From the sequence record NC_101820.1: DNA of 50,768 bases. One strand, written 5' to 3'. Positions within the stretch are counted from its first letter, which is position 1. Each line of letters opens with the position of its first letter. The notes beneath the pieces are model-generated. The model was given only the letters and a program-made list of their open reading frames with translations, was not told the origin of the DNA and ran no database searches. Made by a program: the position numbers and the translations under genes. This document shows positions 28,101 to 37,633 of the stretch, piece after piece. The stretch is from a phage.

Positions 28101-28753
28101 TTCAGCAGCTTGACGCTAAGTTCACGAAAGAGATAAACGACCTTGACGGAGTTATCAAAACAGAAGTCGAGGCTAACATCTCAGAAGTGAAACAGGCGAT
28201 CGCCAATGAGACAGAGGCAAGGGTTCAGGCTGACCAGGCATTAACAGCACGATTTGGCGACGTTGAATCTGCATTGGTTGAAAAGTTGGATTCTTGGGCG
28301 AGCGTTGATTCAGTTGGCGCTAAATACGCTATGAAACTTGGCCTTACTTACAAAGGCCAGCAATACAGCGCAGGAATGGTGATGCAGCTTTCGCAGGGTT
28401 CATCCGGCCTTATCTCGCAAATTTTGTTTGATGCTAACAGGTTCGCCATTATGACTAGCTCTACTGGAGGGACTTTTACTTTGCCTTTCGTGGTTGAGAA
28501 TAATCAGGTTTTCATTAATAGTCTTTTGGTGAAGAACGGTTCAATCACTAATGCGATGATTGGTAATGTGATTCAGTCAAACAACTTTGTTCAAAACCAG
28601 CAAGGATGGAGGCTTGATAAAAACGGAATCTTTGAGAATTACGGATCAACGCCAGGAGAAGGAGCTACTAAATTCACCAATGAGGGATTGAAGGTAAAAG
28701 ATGCAAACGGAGTATTGAGGGTTGAAGTCGGAAGGATTACCGGAAGCTGGTAA
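25175..28753 (+). CDS. central tail fibre / host specificity protein (lambda J-like)
   Basis: 1192 aa; N-terminus MAKYMISGSKGGSKKPYVPKEMEDNL resembles lambda J; C-terminal ETEAR/QQLD heptad-like repeats; start refined to ATG 25175. Confidence 0.9.
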   Translation: MAKYMISGSKGGSKKPYVPKEMEDNLISINKIKVLLAVSDGECDPDFTLRDLYLDDVPVIASDGTVNYEGVTAEYRPGTQTQDYIQGFTDTSSEVTVSRDITTDNPYIISVTNKNLSAIRIKILMPVGIKQEDNGDLVGVRVEYAVDMAIDGGSYSEVMRDVIDGKTRSGYDRSRRIDLPKFDERVLIRVKRLTPDSTSSKVTDKIKLQSYAEVVDAKFRYPLTGLVFVEFDSELFPTQIPNISIKKKWKIINVPSNYDPISREYHGSWDGTFKKAWSNNPAWVLYDLVTNQRYGLDQRELGIQIDKWSLYEAGVYCDQKVPDGKGGTEPRYLCDVVIQNQVEAYQLIRDICSIFRGMSFWNGESLSIVIDKPRDPSYVFTNENVINGDFQYINASEKSMYTQCNVTFDDEQNMYQQDVEGVFDTEAALRFGYNPTSITAIGCTRRSEANRRGRWVLKTNLRSTTVNFATGLEGMIPSIGDVIAIADNFQSSNLTLNLSGRVMEVSGLQVFVPFKVDARPGDFIIINKPDGKPVKRTISKVSADGKTIELNIGFGFDVKPDTVFAIDRTDLALQQYVVTTISKGDDENEFTYSITAVEYDPNKYDEIDYGVNIDDRPTSIVQPDVMAAPENVKISSYSRVVQGVSVETMVVSWDKVPYASLYEMQWRKGDGNWLNTPQTANKEIEVEGIYSGNYQVRVRSVSASGNASPWSKIATATLTGKVGEPGAPINLTASDNEVFGIRVKWGMPEGSGDTAYIELHQSPDGTVENSSLLTLIPYPQYEYWHSTLPAGQVVWYRIRSVDRIGNVSSWTDFVRGMASDDVESVLGDILDKIFDTEAGQEIKENAIDSANKIKDQAQSIIQNALANDADVKWTRVQNGKRKAEYGHALELIANETEARVTQIEELRASIDGEITSSIKTVQEAIATESETRATQIQQLDSKFTKEIDGVRKDTSASISDVRQTITNESEARAQAVQQLDAKFTKEINDLDGVIKTEVEANISEVKQAIANETEARVQADQALTARFGDVESALVEKLDSWASVDSVGAKYAMKLGLTYKGQQYSAGMVMQLSQGSSGLISQILFDANRFAIMTSSTGGTFTLPFVVENNQVFINSLLVKNGSITNAMIGNVIQSNNFVQNQQGWRLDKNGIFENYGSTPGEGATKFTNEGLKVKDANGVLRVEVGRITGSW

Positions 28754-28780
28754 AAAAGGGGGCATAGCCCCCTTTAATTT
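28752..28780. terminator. bidirectional terminator between convergent genes
   Basis: AAAAAA GGGGGC ata GCCCCC TTTAATTTT. Confidence 0.6.
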
Positions 28781-29394
28781 TAATCATAGTGTGATGCATT
28801 TATAACCAAAACAGATGAAGCGGTGTAAATACCAACAGGTCCAGGAGTTTGTGCAACCTGCCTAGAAAAAGAGTAGATCCCGTTACCATACGCGGCAGCT
28901 TGAGACTCAAAAATCATGAATCCACCTAAAGCCGGATTAGGAACAGAGTTTAATGCTGTCAGTGATGGCATTATGGCGCAAGGATAGCCCATGTTAACAT
29001 CAAATGCGATCCCGCTTACGCCTACTTGCTTTGCATCTAGCGGCCTCATTTTTCCATGATAAACCATTTCACCATGAGCATTATAAAACGCTATGCCGTG
29101 ACTACCTGGGGGAGTCACCATATTACTAAAAGCATAAACAATAACCTCACCCTGATTATCAGATCTATCAAGTCTTATTGCGTGCCTTCCACCATTGTTA
29201 AATTGCGTGAATGATATGTATGATTTAGCGGTCAATCTAACAAAGAAAAAACATACCCTATCAACAGGAATTGACGAAGTAAAAACGGTTCCGGTATTAG
29301 CAGATATTACGGCCCGATCAATTAGATTAACTGGAGTGAAATCTGGACTTAACCATAACGATCCGTCTGATTTTTTTATACTCATCCCGTACAT
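28780..29394 (-). CDS. hypothetical protein (204 aa), tail-fibre-region gene
   Basis: Track ORF 28780..29406; start refined to ATG 29394 after GGGGGTG. Confidence 0.5.
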   Translation of the reverse strand: MYGMSIKKSDGSLWLSPDFTPVNLIDRAVISANTGTVFTSSIPVDRVCFFFVRLTAKSYISFTQFNNGGRHAIRLDRSDNQGEVIVYAFSNMVTPPGSHGIAFYNAHGEMVYHGKMRPLDAKQVGVSGIAFDVNMGYPCAIMPSLTALNSVPNPALGGFMIFESQAAAYGNGIYSFSRQVAQTPGPVGIYTASSVLVINASHYD

Positions 29395-29396
29395 TA

Positions 29397-29675
29397 TCAC
29401 CCCCAAAAAGTATATATATATCTTGAATCAGATCCAGAAAGCCCACTCCATGTAACGGTGTCGCCACTTACCCCTAAGTTTGGTGCGCCAGGGTCGCCAC
29501 CACGCCAGGAATTCATGCCAACATATATTGCTTTCAATGATTTACCTGGCGGCCTGTTTTGGTAAGTCTTGCTACCTGATGGCTGAGTGAATTTATCAAG
29601 GAAGAAAACAGGCGTTAAAAGTCCTGTAACTTCCCTTCCTCGATCGTCATATATTGCATAACCATATTGCGCCAT
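29397..29675 (-). CDS. hypothetical protein (92 aa)
   Basis: Track ORF in operon with the lipoprotein gene. Confidence 0.5.
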   Translation of the reverse strand: MAQYGYAIYDDRGREVTGLLTPVFFLDKFTQPSGSKTYQNRPPGKSLKAIYVGMNSWRGGDPGAPNLGVSGDTVTWSGLSGSDSRYIYTFWG

Positions 29676-29950
29676 TAATTACACCTCAAATCAATAAATT
29701 TACTTTCATTTTGCCAACGGTTGATAAATTTAACTTCTTTATTGTCAACGCTCAACCTGTATTGCTTTTGGCTGAATCTGTTTTCGCGGACTGCATTAAT
29801 TTTGACTTCATGGAATCCGTTAACAGGGAATGTTTTAACGTTAAATTTTGCCGTGCAATCGATCTCCTTGAAGTTGCCAGTAGGCGACGCTGCGCATCCT
29901 GTCAGAGCGGCTACAGTGGCGATAACTGCGATTAACTTTTTCATCTTCAA
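29675..29950 (-). CDS. lipoprotein (candidate Cor/Llp-like superinfection-exclusion protein)
   Basis: MKMKKLIAVIATVAALTGC signal peptide with lipobox; RBS AAGGAG; placed next to tail fibre genes. Confidence 0.55.
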   Translation of the reverse strand: MKMKKLIAVIATVAALTGCAASPTGNFKEIDCTAKFNVKTFPVNGFHEVKINAVRENRFSQKQYRLSVDNKEVKFINRWQNESKFIDLRCN

Positions 29951-29998
29951 TACTCCTTAGTTGTTGTTGGATGCAACTATACACGATCTTGGGCATCG

Positions 29999-30017
29999 CG
30001 TTTAGCAAAAAGTGCTA
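29999..30017 (-). promoter_or_regulatory. conserved motif variant with TATAGT in a GATGC/GCATC hairpin loop, driving the lipoprotein operon
   Basis: Minus strand reads TAGCACTTTTTGCTAAAC ... TATAGT ... RBS ... ATG at 29950. Confidence 0.45.
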
Positions 30018-30019
30018 TT

Positions 30020-30390
30020 TGTTATTTTTTGTTTTCCGGTGTTATCGAATTTAAGACGGCGTAAATTTAGCGCAAAATTTAGACAACATAAGATCAATAA
30101 ACAATCAATAAAATAGATATATACATATAAAATCAATAGTTTATTTATTTATGTATGTATATTTGTTTTTTCTTGTTATCTGCGTTTCTTGTGGTTTTGG
30201 TTGTTTGTGGTGATTTTTCTTTCTGAGTATCTGTATGTGCCATCATTCATGTGTATGTATATAATCCGGCGTATCTGAGAGAACAGGGGAACAAGAAAAA
30301 TAACACATATTAATCATTAACTTATGAGTCAAATCTGTTTTCTTGCCATCTGAGAACGTTTAGAAAACAGAAAAAACAAAACAGCTATTG
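30020..30390. repeat. AT-rich intergenic region with short direct repeats (candidate origin or regulatory region)
   Basis: Repeats of ATCAATA/CAATCA/TAATCA, TGTATGTATAT (x2), ATCTGAGA(G)AAC (x2) and GT-rich runs. Confidence 0.4.
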
Positions 30391-30391
30391 A

Positions 30392-30420
30392 CTAAATCAA
30401 CCAAATGGCTACAATGCACG
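30392..30420 (+). promoter_or_regulatory. sigma70-like promoter (TTGACT, 16-nt spacer, TACAAT)
   Basis: Located about 30 nt upstream of the exonuclease gene. Confidence 0.5.
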
Positions 30421-30445
30421 CATAAAGCAACAAGGAGCATTAAAG

Positions 30446-31501
30446 ATGAGTGATTTTAAAGCCTACACTAGCGAAGAAATGAGCAACGAGCTTTATCATG
30501 ATCCTAACGCGTGGACGGCTGAATATGTCAGCGGTTCCAGCCTGGCGGAGATTTACAGCACTTGCCCGGCGTACTGGAAGTACAAGCCGCGCCAGGAAAC
30601 TAAAGCACTTGTTTTCGGTACGCAGTCGCATACCAACTTTGAAAGCAAGGAGCTATTCGAAAAAACATATCGCCGCGCACCGTCGCAGGATGATTTTAAA
30701 GATCTGATCACTAGTCAAACGGCGTTAGCATCAAAGCTGAAATCTTTTGGCCTGAAAGGTACAACGGGTAAACAATACCCTGAATTACTGGAAATGCTGT
30801 ACAAGTGCGGCGAGGATCTCAATGTGTGGTGGCTTATCGAAATGATGGCAGAATGCCAGGCCGCAGCGGACGGAGTGCAGTTAATAGACGCTAAAGATTA
30901 TGATGCCTGTGTAGCGATGCGGCGCGTACTTGAGGCCATACCGGAGCATAACGCTTGCATGAACAGCCCAACCGCGCAGCGTGAAATGTCAATATTTGGG
31001 ATCATCAACGGCGTAAAAGTAAAAGTGCGTCTTGATCACGTTGACGTAAACAAGGATGTAAAGGCAACAATCATTAACGGTTACGACGAAAAAGGCAGGC
31101 CGATTTATGAAGAAGTCACCTATCCAGAAGCGGTGATTATCACTGACTACAAAACAACGGTTAGCGCAAATCCGGTTGACTTCCAGCGCCTGGCTTACAA
31201 TCACGGCTATTATCTTAAAATGGCTTTGCAACATGACTTATTCAAAAAGGCGTATCCAGACGAGGAAAGGCCAGTAATTGTAAGATTGCTTGCGCAGGAG
31301 AAGAAAGAGCCTTACTTGCCGCTTGCTTTCCGCATGAATATTGAGCAATTGAAGATCGGGCGCATCCAGTACATGAGCGTGATCAACAAGTTCAACGTTT
31401 GCCAGCAGTTAGACGAATGGCCTTCGTATGCAAACGGGCAACCGGAAATTGATCTTGATACTCCTGATTGGGTTCGTGCTCAATTCAGGCATTATCTTTG
31501 A
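30446..31501 (+). CDS. PD-(D/E)XK recombination exonuclease (RecB/Cas4-like nuclease domain)
   Basis: 351 aa; D...VIITDYKTT motif characteristic of PD-(D/E)XK nucleases; adjacent to Erf-like gene. Confidence 0.7.
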   Translation: MSDFKAYTSEEMSNELYHDPNAWTAEYVSGSSLAEIYSTCPAYWKYKPRQETKALVFGTQSHTNFESKELFEKTYRRAPSQDDFKDLITSQTALASKLKSFGLKGTTGKQYPELLEMLYKCGEDLNVWWLIEMMAECQAAADGVQLIDAKDYDACVAMRRVLEAIPEHNACMNSPTAQREMSIFGIINGVKVKVRLDHVDVNKDVKATIINGYDEKGRPIYEEVTYPEAVIITDYKTTVSANPVDFQRLAYNHGYYLKMALQHDLFKKAYPDEERPVIVRLLAQEKKEPYLPLAFRMNIEQLKIGRIQYMSVINKFNVCQQLDEWPSYANGQPEIDLDTPDWVRAQFRHYL

Positions 31502-31576
31502 TAAACTAAACAAATAGCTAAACTTTTATAATGGTTGGTGATATAATTCGCCAACCAGATAACGGGAGAATGAGAA

Positions 31577-31834
31577 ATGACAGACAAAGACAATGCCACA
31601 TTATTGCATTTAGAACGATTCATTGATCGAGTAACCATTGCAATGAAAGAATTTATTAAGCCGATGAACATTAAAGAGTCGGAAGAAATGAAGACTTACA
31701 TCAAGGACGTGGTTGCATCCATTGACAACGTTATCCTTGTTGCAACGATGAGCAAGGGAAACAAAGAGCGCGAGAGGTTGGTTGCTGAATCAACAGAAGA
31801 ATTTATTAAAATGCTTGAAAGCGAGAAGGAATAA
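31577..31834 (+). CDS. hypothetical protein (85 aa)
   Basis: Track ORF between exonuclease and Erf-like genes. Confidence 0.5.
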   Translation: MTDKDNATLLHLERFIDRVTIAMKEFIKPMNIKESEEMKTYIKDVVASIDNVILVATMSKGNKERERLVAESTEEFIKMLESEKE

Positions 31835-32491
<657 letters not shown>

Positions 32492-32496
32492 TAAAC

Positions 32497-32516
32497 GGGG
32501 CGCTTGCGCCCCTTTT
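32497..32516 (+). terminator. terminator or attenuator hairpin
   Basis: GGGGCGC tt GCGCCCC followed by TTTTG. Confidence 0.55.
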
Positions 32517-32534
32517 GTCATAGGAGAAAACAAA

Positions 32535-32987
32535 ATGCACGTTATTACAGGTGAGATTCGAAAAGAGCCAAAAGTAAAGCAAATGCCTAACGGCAGCACG
32601 CTATATGTTATTGAGCTTTCCGAGCGATACAAAGACCGAGAAGGAAATTGGCAGTATACAAACTATGTGTTTTTCTTTAACGCGAAAACAGACGGCCTGA
32701 ATGGTTGGTATGCCGAGGCGTTCCAGGTAGGAAAGGTTGTTTCTGTTTCCTGCGATACCTTGCGAGTTGAAACGCGAGAATACAACGGAAAGATTTACAG
32801 CACCGTGCAGCCTGGCGGATTTGCAAACTTGCTATTTAGCCAGAGAGGTGAAAGCCAGCAACAATATCAGCAGCGAACGCAAGGAGGCTGGGGGCAACCA
32901 CAACAGCAACAGAAACAAAATACTCAACAGCAGCCGCAGCAAAGCAATCAGCCTCCGATTGACTTTGACGACGATATACCATTCTGA
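32535..32987 (+). CDS. ssb: single-stranded DNA-binding protein
   Basis: 150 aa with Q/G/P-rich linker and C-terminal acidic tail DFDDDIPF as in E. coli SSB; start refined to ATG 32535. Confidence 0.85.
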   Translation: MHVITGEIRKEPKVKQMPNGSTLYVIELSERYKDREGNWQYTNYVFFFNAKTDGLNGWYAEAFQVGKVVSVSCDTLRVETREYNGKIYSTVQPGGFANLLFSQRGESQQQYQQRTQGGWGQPQQQQKQNTQQQPQQSNQPPIDFDDDIPF

Positions 32988-32989
32988 TA

Positions 32990-33021
32990 ACAAAAAGCCC
33001 CGCATATGCGGGGCATTTTTT
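32990..33021. terminator. bidirectional terminator
   Basis: Perfect palindrome GCCCCGCATATGCGGGGC flanked by A-run and T-run, between convergent genes. Confidence 0.7.
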
Positions 33022-33699
33022 AGTCTAACGTGGTTGGTTTGTTTACCAGTGCCGCTACAACCGCTTTTAGCTCGTCAATTTCTTTTCTCATCTCATCGTT
33101 TTCCGCTTTCAGTTTCTTAACGTGGTGAATCAGTGGAACAGTGAGGCGGTCATACATAACGCCTTCCGCTACCATGCCATTACTTGAAGCAATGGCAGGA
33201 TCTTCTCCTTCTTGCAGCGGTCGCCAGTGAACGTACTCCGGCGCAATTTCTCCAACCTCTTCCGCGATTAGCCCGTACCATCCCCAATCTTTACGGTCGC
33301 TTTCACAAGTTGACCGATACACACAGGACGCATTTCAAGCATCAGATCCGCATATTCATCAATAACCGATTCTACGCTGCGCTTATAACGAGAAGAGGAA
33401 GTGGAGCGTAAAACTTGCGACACTCCAGCATTTGGATCAAGCCATAAGTTTGCTGATTGAGCGGTTGTGTTAAGATTAAATAAATAAAATGCATCGTTAC
33501 CAGTTAGTGGGTAAAAACTCCCACTATACCTTCCGCTACCCAACTCGGATGATAGATCAGTTTGTTTTAGATACAGCTTCAACTTATTGTCAACATCAGT
33601 AGTTGATGCTTTTCCTGCAACATCCTGTTTTAGTGTCGAAACATCACTTTTCAGCTTCGTTATATCACCAGGAATATTAGTAACTGTAGCCATTTTCAT
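33020..33699 (-). CDS. tail-fibre-like protein with C-terminal S74-type intramolecular chaperone domain, interrupted by a frameshift
   Basis: Track ORFs 33268..33699 and 33020..33322 overlap in different frames; the chaperone-like sequence continues across the shift at the TGTGTGT run (about 33319-33326). Confidence 0.5.
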
Positions 33700-33705
33700 A
33701 ACTCC

Positions 33706-33984
33706 TTAAGCCCATTCTCTAATCGGCTGATCCAACTCAACAACATAATCATTAAAAATTACGGAATCAAACTTATTATCAATGATTCGAACATTGACAA
33801 AATAACCGTCGTTCTTTTGTGCAATCTCATCGCCATCGTCAGATCGTGCAACTACTGTGTAAGTAGTACCGATTACATCGAGCAGGATTGCATTCTGAAT
33901 ATTTTCGTTTTCTTTCCATTCGATTTTTTCAATAAAGGCGGAAAACTCCGCCTTGTCTACAAATTTCAGTGTTAAATCACGCAT
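33706..33984 (-). CDS. hypothetical protein (92 aa)
   Basis: Start refined to ATG 33984 (TAATG overlap with the tail fibre stop); in frame with track ORF 33706..34029. Confidence 0.5.
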   Translation of the reverse strand: MRDLTLKFVDKAEFSAFIEKIEWKENENIQNAILLDVIGTTYTVVARSDDGDEIAQKNDGYFVNVRIIDNKFDSVIFNDYVVELDQPIREWA

Positions 33985-35978
33985 TATACAATTTCCCCCA
34001 TTTGGTGATCTGTTAGTGTCTTGTGCCATATGCGGAAGTTTCTTAAGTGTCCGAAAAAGTGACGAGCACCATCAGATCCTGCGCCACCGAATCTTATTAT
34101 CTTACTGGTTGTTGGCTTAAAACCATGCTTAACCTCTGCTTTGTTCCCTTTTACGGAATTTGAAAAGATATACGCATAACTCCCGTCGTATACTCCGCCA
34201 ACTGTTATTGCTCCCTGAGCAGAATCATAATTATTCTTTATTTCAGTGGAAATGTATACGGTTGGTGACTCGCCATATCTAGCAATATTCCAGTATGTTG
34301 AATGTTTATCGCTTCTTATTGAGCATACCATTGACTCGCCAACATCAGGCGCACCAATATCCCATATCCTCGGCGCTGAATTTGGTAAGGTAGTCCATGT
34401 TTTATTTACCTCAAGCAAAAAACTAAGCGGGTGAGATATTAAATTATTAAATGACACGACATTAACTAAGTCACTAACCCTTGTCGCAGGAGTTCCCTCT
34501 GTGACGATAAATGACGACGAGCACGCACCACCTTCCACTTGAGGTGTTGAGATGTATATGTAATCATTAACTTCTGTGCTTCCTCCTTTTCGCGGGGCAT
34601 ATTGCACCATTGCACCAATCATGCTTTCCTGTTCTAATGCTGTGATCGTAGCCTCAAAAAATATCCATTTGCTTGACTCATCCATTACCGCTCTTGCTGT
34701 TATCCTGTTTGCAGCGCCGCCGGTTTTTTCTATTGACAAATCCTCAAGACCGAGATAAGCACCACCTAGAAAGGTATATTCGCTATCATTATAACTTCCA
34801 AATCCAAGTCTGCATCTTATGTTTCCTTCACCACCCTTGACTCTGCATGAGATTGTTACTCTTTTTTCTTCACCAGTAACATCAAAACCCTTATTACCAG
34901 ATACTGTAACTATGTTAATAGCCGATGTTTGCCCTACCATTTCTGGATTTAATGTAAACTTGCCAAATGAAAAACCGAAATCATCAACTCCTGATTGGCT
35001 TAACACCATGTTTGATGACTTGTTCCATTTTGAAGGATTGGTACTATTTATGAGAAGGTTTGTTCTCTGCCCCTCAATTAGCAAGCCTTCACGTTCAAAA
35101 CGCGGTTCGTCAAAGTCAGCATCAGTAAGAAATCCCGACTTATTAATGTATGTCGCCTTTGATGCTCGCTTAAAATTTACAACTTTATCTGACGGCATAT
35201 TGATCACATCATCACCAACTTTTATCTTTTTATACCCAGGCGCAAAACCAGTTATCATATCAAGTGAATCATTAAACGGTATCCACACGTCCGGCAACGG
35301 TTGCAATAAATCTTTGTAAGGTTCTGCGGCCTGCTTTGCGTATTCCTCCGCTTGATCTCGCGCACTTTCAGCTCCTGCCTTTGCAGTGTTCGCAGCGTCA
35401 CGCGCGGATTCAGCGCCAGACTTTGCTGTTTCAGCTCCAGTCTTTGCAGTGTTTGCAGCGTCGCGCGCGGATTCAGCGGCAGCCTTTGCAGTATCAGCAC
35501 CTTTCTTGCTATTCGCTGCATTTGTTGCGCTTGTCTTCGCGTTATTCTCGCTGGTTTTAGCTGCCTGCTGGCTTGCTGATGCTGCATCAGCATTTGTCTT
35601 TACGTCTTCCTGGATCTTCTGTAGCTTATCCCAATCAAAATCCTTGATGATCTCAATAAATCCAGCAAACTCCGATTCCTTCCCCTGGTAATAACGCAGC
35701 GTTTCCGCTACGTCTTGCGCAAGACCGTCAACCGTTAACGAGTCATGAAGCAAGATCAGGTAATTTGTCTTCTGTACTACCGCGCCGCCAGTAGTAATTG
35801 CGCGAATGCTTGTATCGCTAATCACTTCCGTAATCACAGCAGCTTGCAAAGGTTGAGAAAGAAAGAAAATAGTTGCACCTGGGCGAATCAAGGTTAATTG
35901 CTCACGCCATTTTGTACCGTAACCAGTTACATAACCTTGCGCGTCCATAGACGCTTGGCCTTGTCTGTAAATCGCCAT
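33984..35978 (-). CDS. side tail fibre protein
   Basis: About 665 aa; A/K/T/S-rich repeats (AKTSATNAANSKKGADTAKAAAESARDAANTAK...) and a C-terminal globular domain; start refined to ATG 35978 after AGGAGG. Confidence 0.75.
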   Translation of the reverse strand: MAIYRQGQASMDAQGYVTGYGTKWREQLTLIRPGATIFFLSQPLQAAVITEVISDTSIRAITTGGAVVQKTNYLILLHDSLTVDGLAQDVAETLRYYQGKESEFAGFIEIIKDFDWDKLQKIQEDVKTNADAASASQQAAKTSENNAKTSATNAANSKKGADTAKAAAESARDAANTAKTGAETAKSGAESARDAANTAKAGAESARDQAEEYAKQAAEPYKDLLQPLPDVWIPFNDSLDMITGFAPGYKKIKVGDDVINMPSDKVVNFKRASKATYINKSGFLTDADFDEPRFEREGLLIEGQRTNLLINSTNPSKWNKSSNMVLSQSGVDDFGFSFGKFTLNPEMVGQTSAINIVTVSGNKGFDVTGEEKRVTISCRVKGGEGNIRCRLGFGSYNDSEYTFLGGAYLGLEDLSIEKTGGAANRITARAVMDESSKWIFFEATITALEQESMIGAMVQYAPRKGGSTEVNDYIYISTPQVEGGACSSSFIVTEGTPATRVSDLVNVVSFNNLISHPLSFLLEVNKTWTTLPNSAPRIWDIGAPDVGESMVCSIRSDKHSTYWNIARYGESPTVYISTEIKNNYDSAQGAITVGGVYDGSYAYIFSNSVKGNKAEVKHGFKPTTSKIIRFGGAGSDGARHFFGHLRNFRIWHKTLTDHQMGEIV

Positions 35979-35996
35979 TTGTAAAATCCTCCTAAA

Positions 35997-36015
35997 TAGC
36001 ACTTTTTGCCAATGA
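35997..36015 (+). promoter_or_regulatory. conserved motif, inverted relative to the tail fibre gene and abutting its RBS
   Basis: Plus-strand TAGCACTTTTTGCCAATGA; on the minus strand it reads ...CAAAAAGTGCTATTTAGGAGG...ATG. Confidence 0.4.
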
Positions 36016-36043
36016 CAATTCAGATAATAGCATTTTTAAATGC

Positions 36044-36068
36044 AAAAAAAAACCCCGCATAAGCGGGG
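36044..36068 (-). terminator. intrinsic terminator for the primase transcript
   Basis: Minus strand CCCCGC ttat GCGGGG followed by TTTTTTTTT. Confidence 0.7.
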
Positions 36069-36084
36069 CAATACTAGCGGAGTT

Positions 36085-37014
36085 TTATAGCAGTGATTCA
36101 GGCTTGTAGATTTTTCTTTCTACGCCATGTTTAAAATTATCGTTAACAGGCATCATTATGTCAAGCCCTCTTTCCTCTGCCGCGATTATCACATCACGAT
36201 AATCTTTCCGGCAGACTACGCGCATTCTTCTTTCTCCTTTATATCTATGCGCAACCATTTCAAGATTTGAAGGAGTAAAACAGGCCCACACCTCTTGACC
36301 AGTTGATAAATGAACATGCTGAGAATCAACCCAATCAAGGCACAAATAGATCGTCTTATCTGTACTACCTGTTTTAACAACAGATCCGCGCGTGTAGTCG
36401 CGAGCTAAAAACCAATCCTTTCCATCCTCATCAATGAAAAGCACGTTACACATTTCATCATCCAGCCCGTCATCATGCACCAGGTGACAAGGTAGCGCGT
36501 GAATGTATCGACCATCCTTGACGCCGCAATCATAATGACAATCTTCCGGCGGATATATCCCCTCATAAACGCTTAAAGGTGTGCGATCGAATTTTAATGT
36601 TTTTGCCATCACTTTTTCGCAACATTCATGACTTGCCTGTTTCCCGAACGAGTAACCAGAAGAACGCGAAGCGCGTTTGTTTGCTCTGATCCTGTAATCT
36701 TGCGGCACTTTTCCGAGGAAGCGGCCCAAAATGTTGATGGCCTCGCTGTAAGGTTCGCCAGTTAATTTCATTAACCAACCGATCCCCGTGTCGTTGCCGC
36801 ACACGTTGCAGATCGCGCCGCCGTCGCCCTCTTCATTTAGCTTATCAGTCCATCTAAAACGATCCTTACCGCCGCAGTGTGGGCAAGGTTGATGCTTTTT
36901 GTTGAAAACATCGCTATGCAGCCCGCAAATGCTTTGTAGTGCTTCACGCCATAACCCCTTCATATATGGCAAAACATCTTCTTTCTGATAGGTCATAAAG
37001 TTTTCAGTATTCAT
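36085..37014 (-). CDS. DNA primase with N-terminal zinc ribbon
   Basis: CPHCGGKDRFRW...CNVCG resembles the primase zinc-binding ribbon; start refined to ATG 37014. Confidence 0.7.
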   Translation of the reverse strand: MNTENFMTYQKEDVLPYMKGLWREALQSICGLHSDVFNKKHQPCPHCGGKDRFRWTDKLNEEGDGGAICNVCGNDTGIGWLMKLTGEPYSEAINILGRFLGKVPQDYRIRANKRASRSSGYSFGKQASHECCEKVMAKTLKFDRTPLSVYEGIYPPEDCHYDCGVKDGRYIHALPCHLVHDDGLDDEMCNVLFIDEDGKDWFLARDYTRGSVVKTGSTDKTIYLCLDWVDSQHVHLSTGQEVWACFTPSNLEMVAHRYKGERRMRVVCRKDYRDVIIAAEERGLDIMMPVNDNFKHGVERKIYKPESLL

Positions 37015-37069
37015 GGCAAACCTCAATAAAAAAGCCCAGCAAATATTATCATTTCGCTGGGCCTTATCA

Positions 37070-37546
37070 TTAGCTATTCGTGCTGTTATCACCTTTGTAG
37101 AATCTTCCGCCTGGTTCGTAGTCTGAATTTTTGACTACGCGCAACATTTCGTATTTGTCGCAACGGGTAGTAAGAGGCTTGCCGTTAGAATCAAACCGCA
37201 GATCTGGACGACAAAACGAGGCGCGGTATCCTTTGCATCCATTATATTTGTAGTCGTTATGCACCTTTTGTGCTCCAGCGGCTGAAATCATACCACGCTT
37301 TCGCCATTGGTTAACGACTTGCTGAGATACGCGCAGACGTCGAGCCATAGCAGGAACACCGCCGTAATACTCGATCAGAATGTCAAGGCGAGATTTCAGG
37401 CTTGCTTTTACCTCATCTCGCAGGATAAGAAATCCGGTTCGGTGTTTTCGTGGTTTTTTGTCTTTACCTCGTCGCGTTCCGTTGTTACCGTTAATAGTGC
37501 GCTTGTCGATCTCACCCGTAGATACTGCAATTCGTGCATCTTTCAT
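37070..37546 (-). CDS. HTH DNA-binding protein (Cro/CI-like regulator candidate)
   Basis: GGVPAMARRLRVSQQVVNQWRKRGMIS helix-turn-helix-like segment; divergent from the helicase gene. Confidence 0.55.
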   Translation of the reverse strand: MKDARIAVSTGEIDKRTINGNNGTRRGKDKKPRKHRTGFLILRDEVKASLKSRLDILIEYYGGVPAMARRLRVSQQVVNQWRKRGMISAAGAQKVHNDYKYNGCKGYRASFCRPDLRFDSNGKPLTTRCDKYEMLRVVKNSDYEPGGRFYKGDNSTNS

Positions 37547-37557
37547 CTAGTCACCTC

Positions 37558-37576
37558 ATAGCATTTTTTGTTAAAA
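37558..37576 (+). promoter_or_regulatory. conserved motif (TAGCATTTTTTGTTAAAAC) upstream of the helicase gene
   Basis: Followed by TATTAT/TATACT at offset about +38 to +48. Confidence 0.45.
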
Positions 37577-37633
37577 CAGTTTATTGTAATGAGTCTATTA
37601 TATACTCCAAATGGCATTTTTTAAAGGTTTAAG

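Noticed and set aside
35255-35593. Several overlapping track ORFs on both strands inside the side tail fibre gene (35255..35593, 35336..35560, 35352..35579, 35386..35691)
   Set aside because: They arise from the repetitive Ala/Lys/Thr-rich coding repeats of the fibre gene, which are open in several frames; not independent genes.
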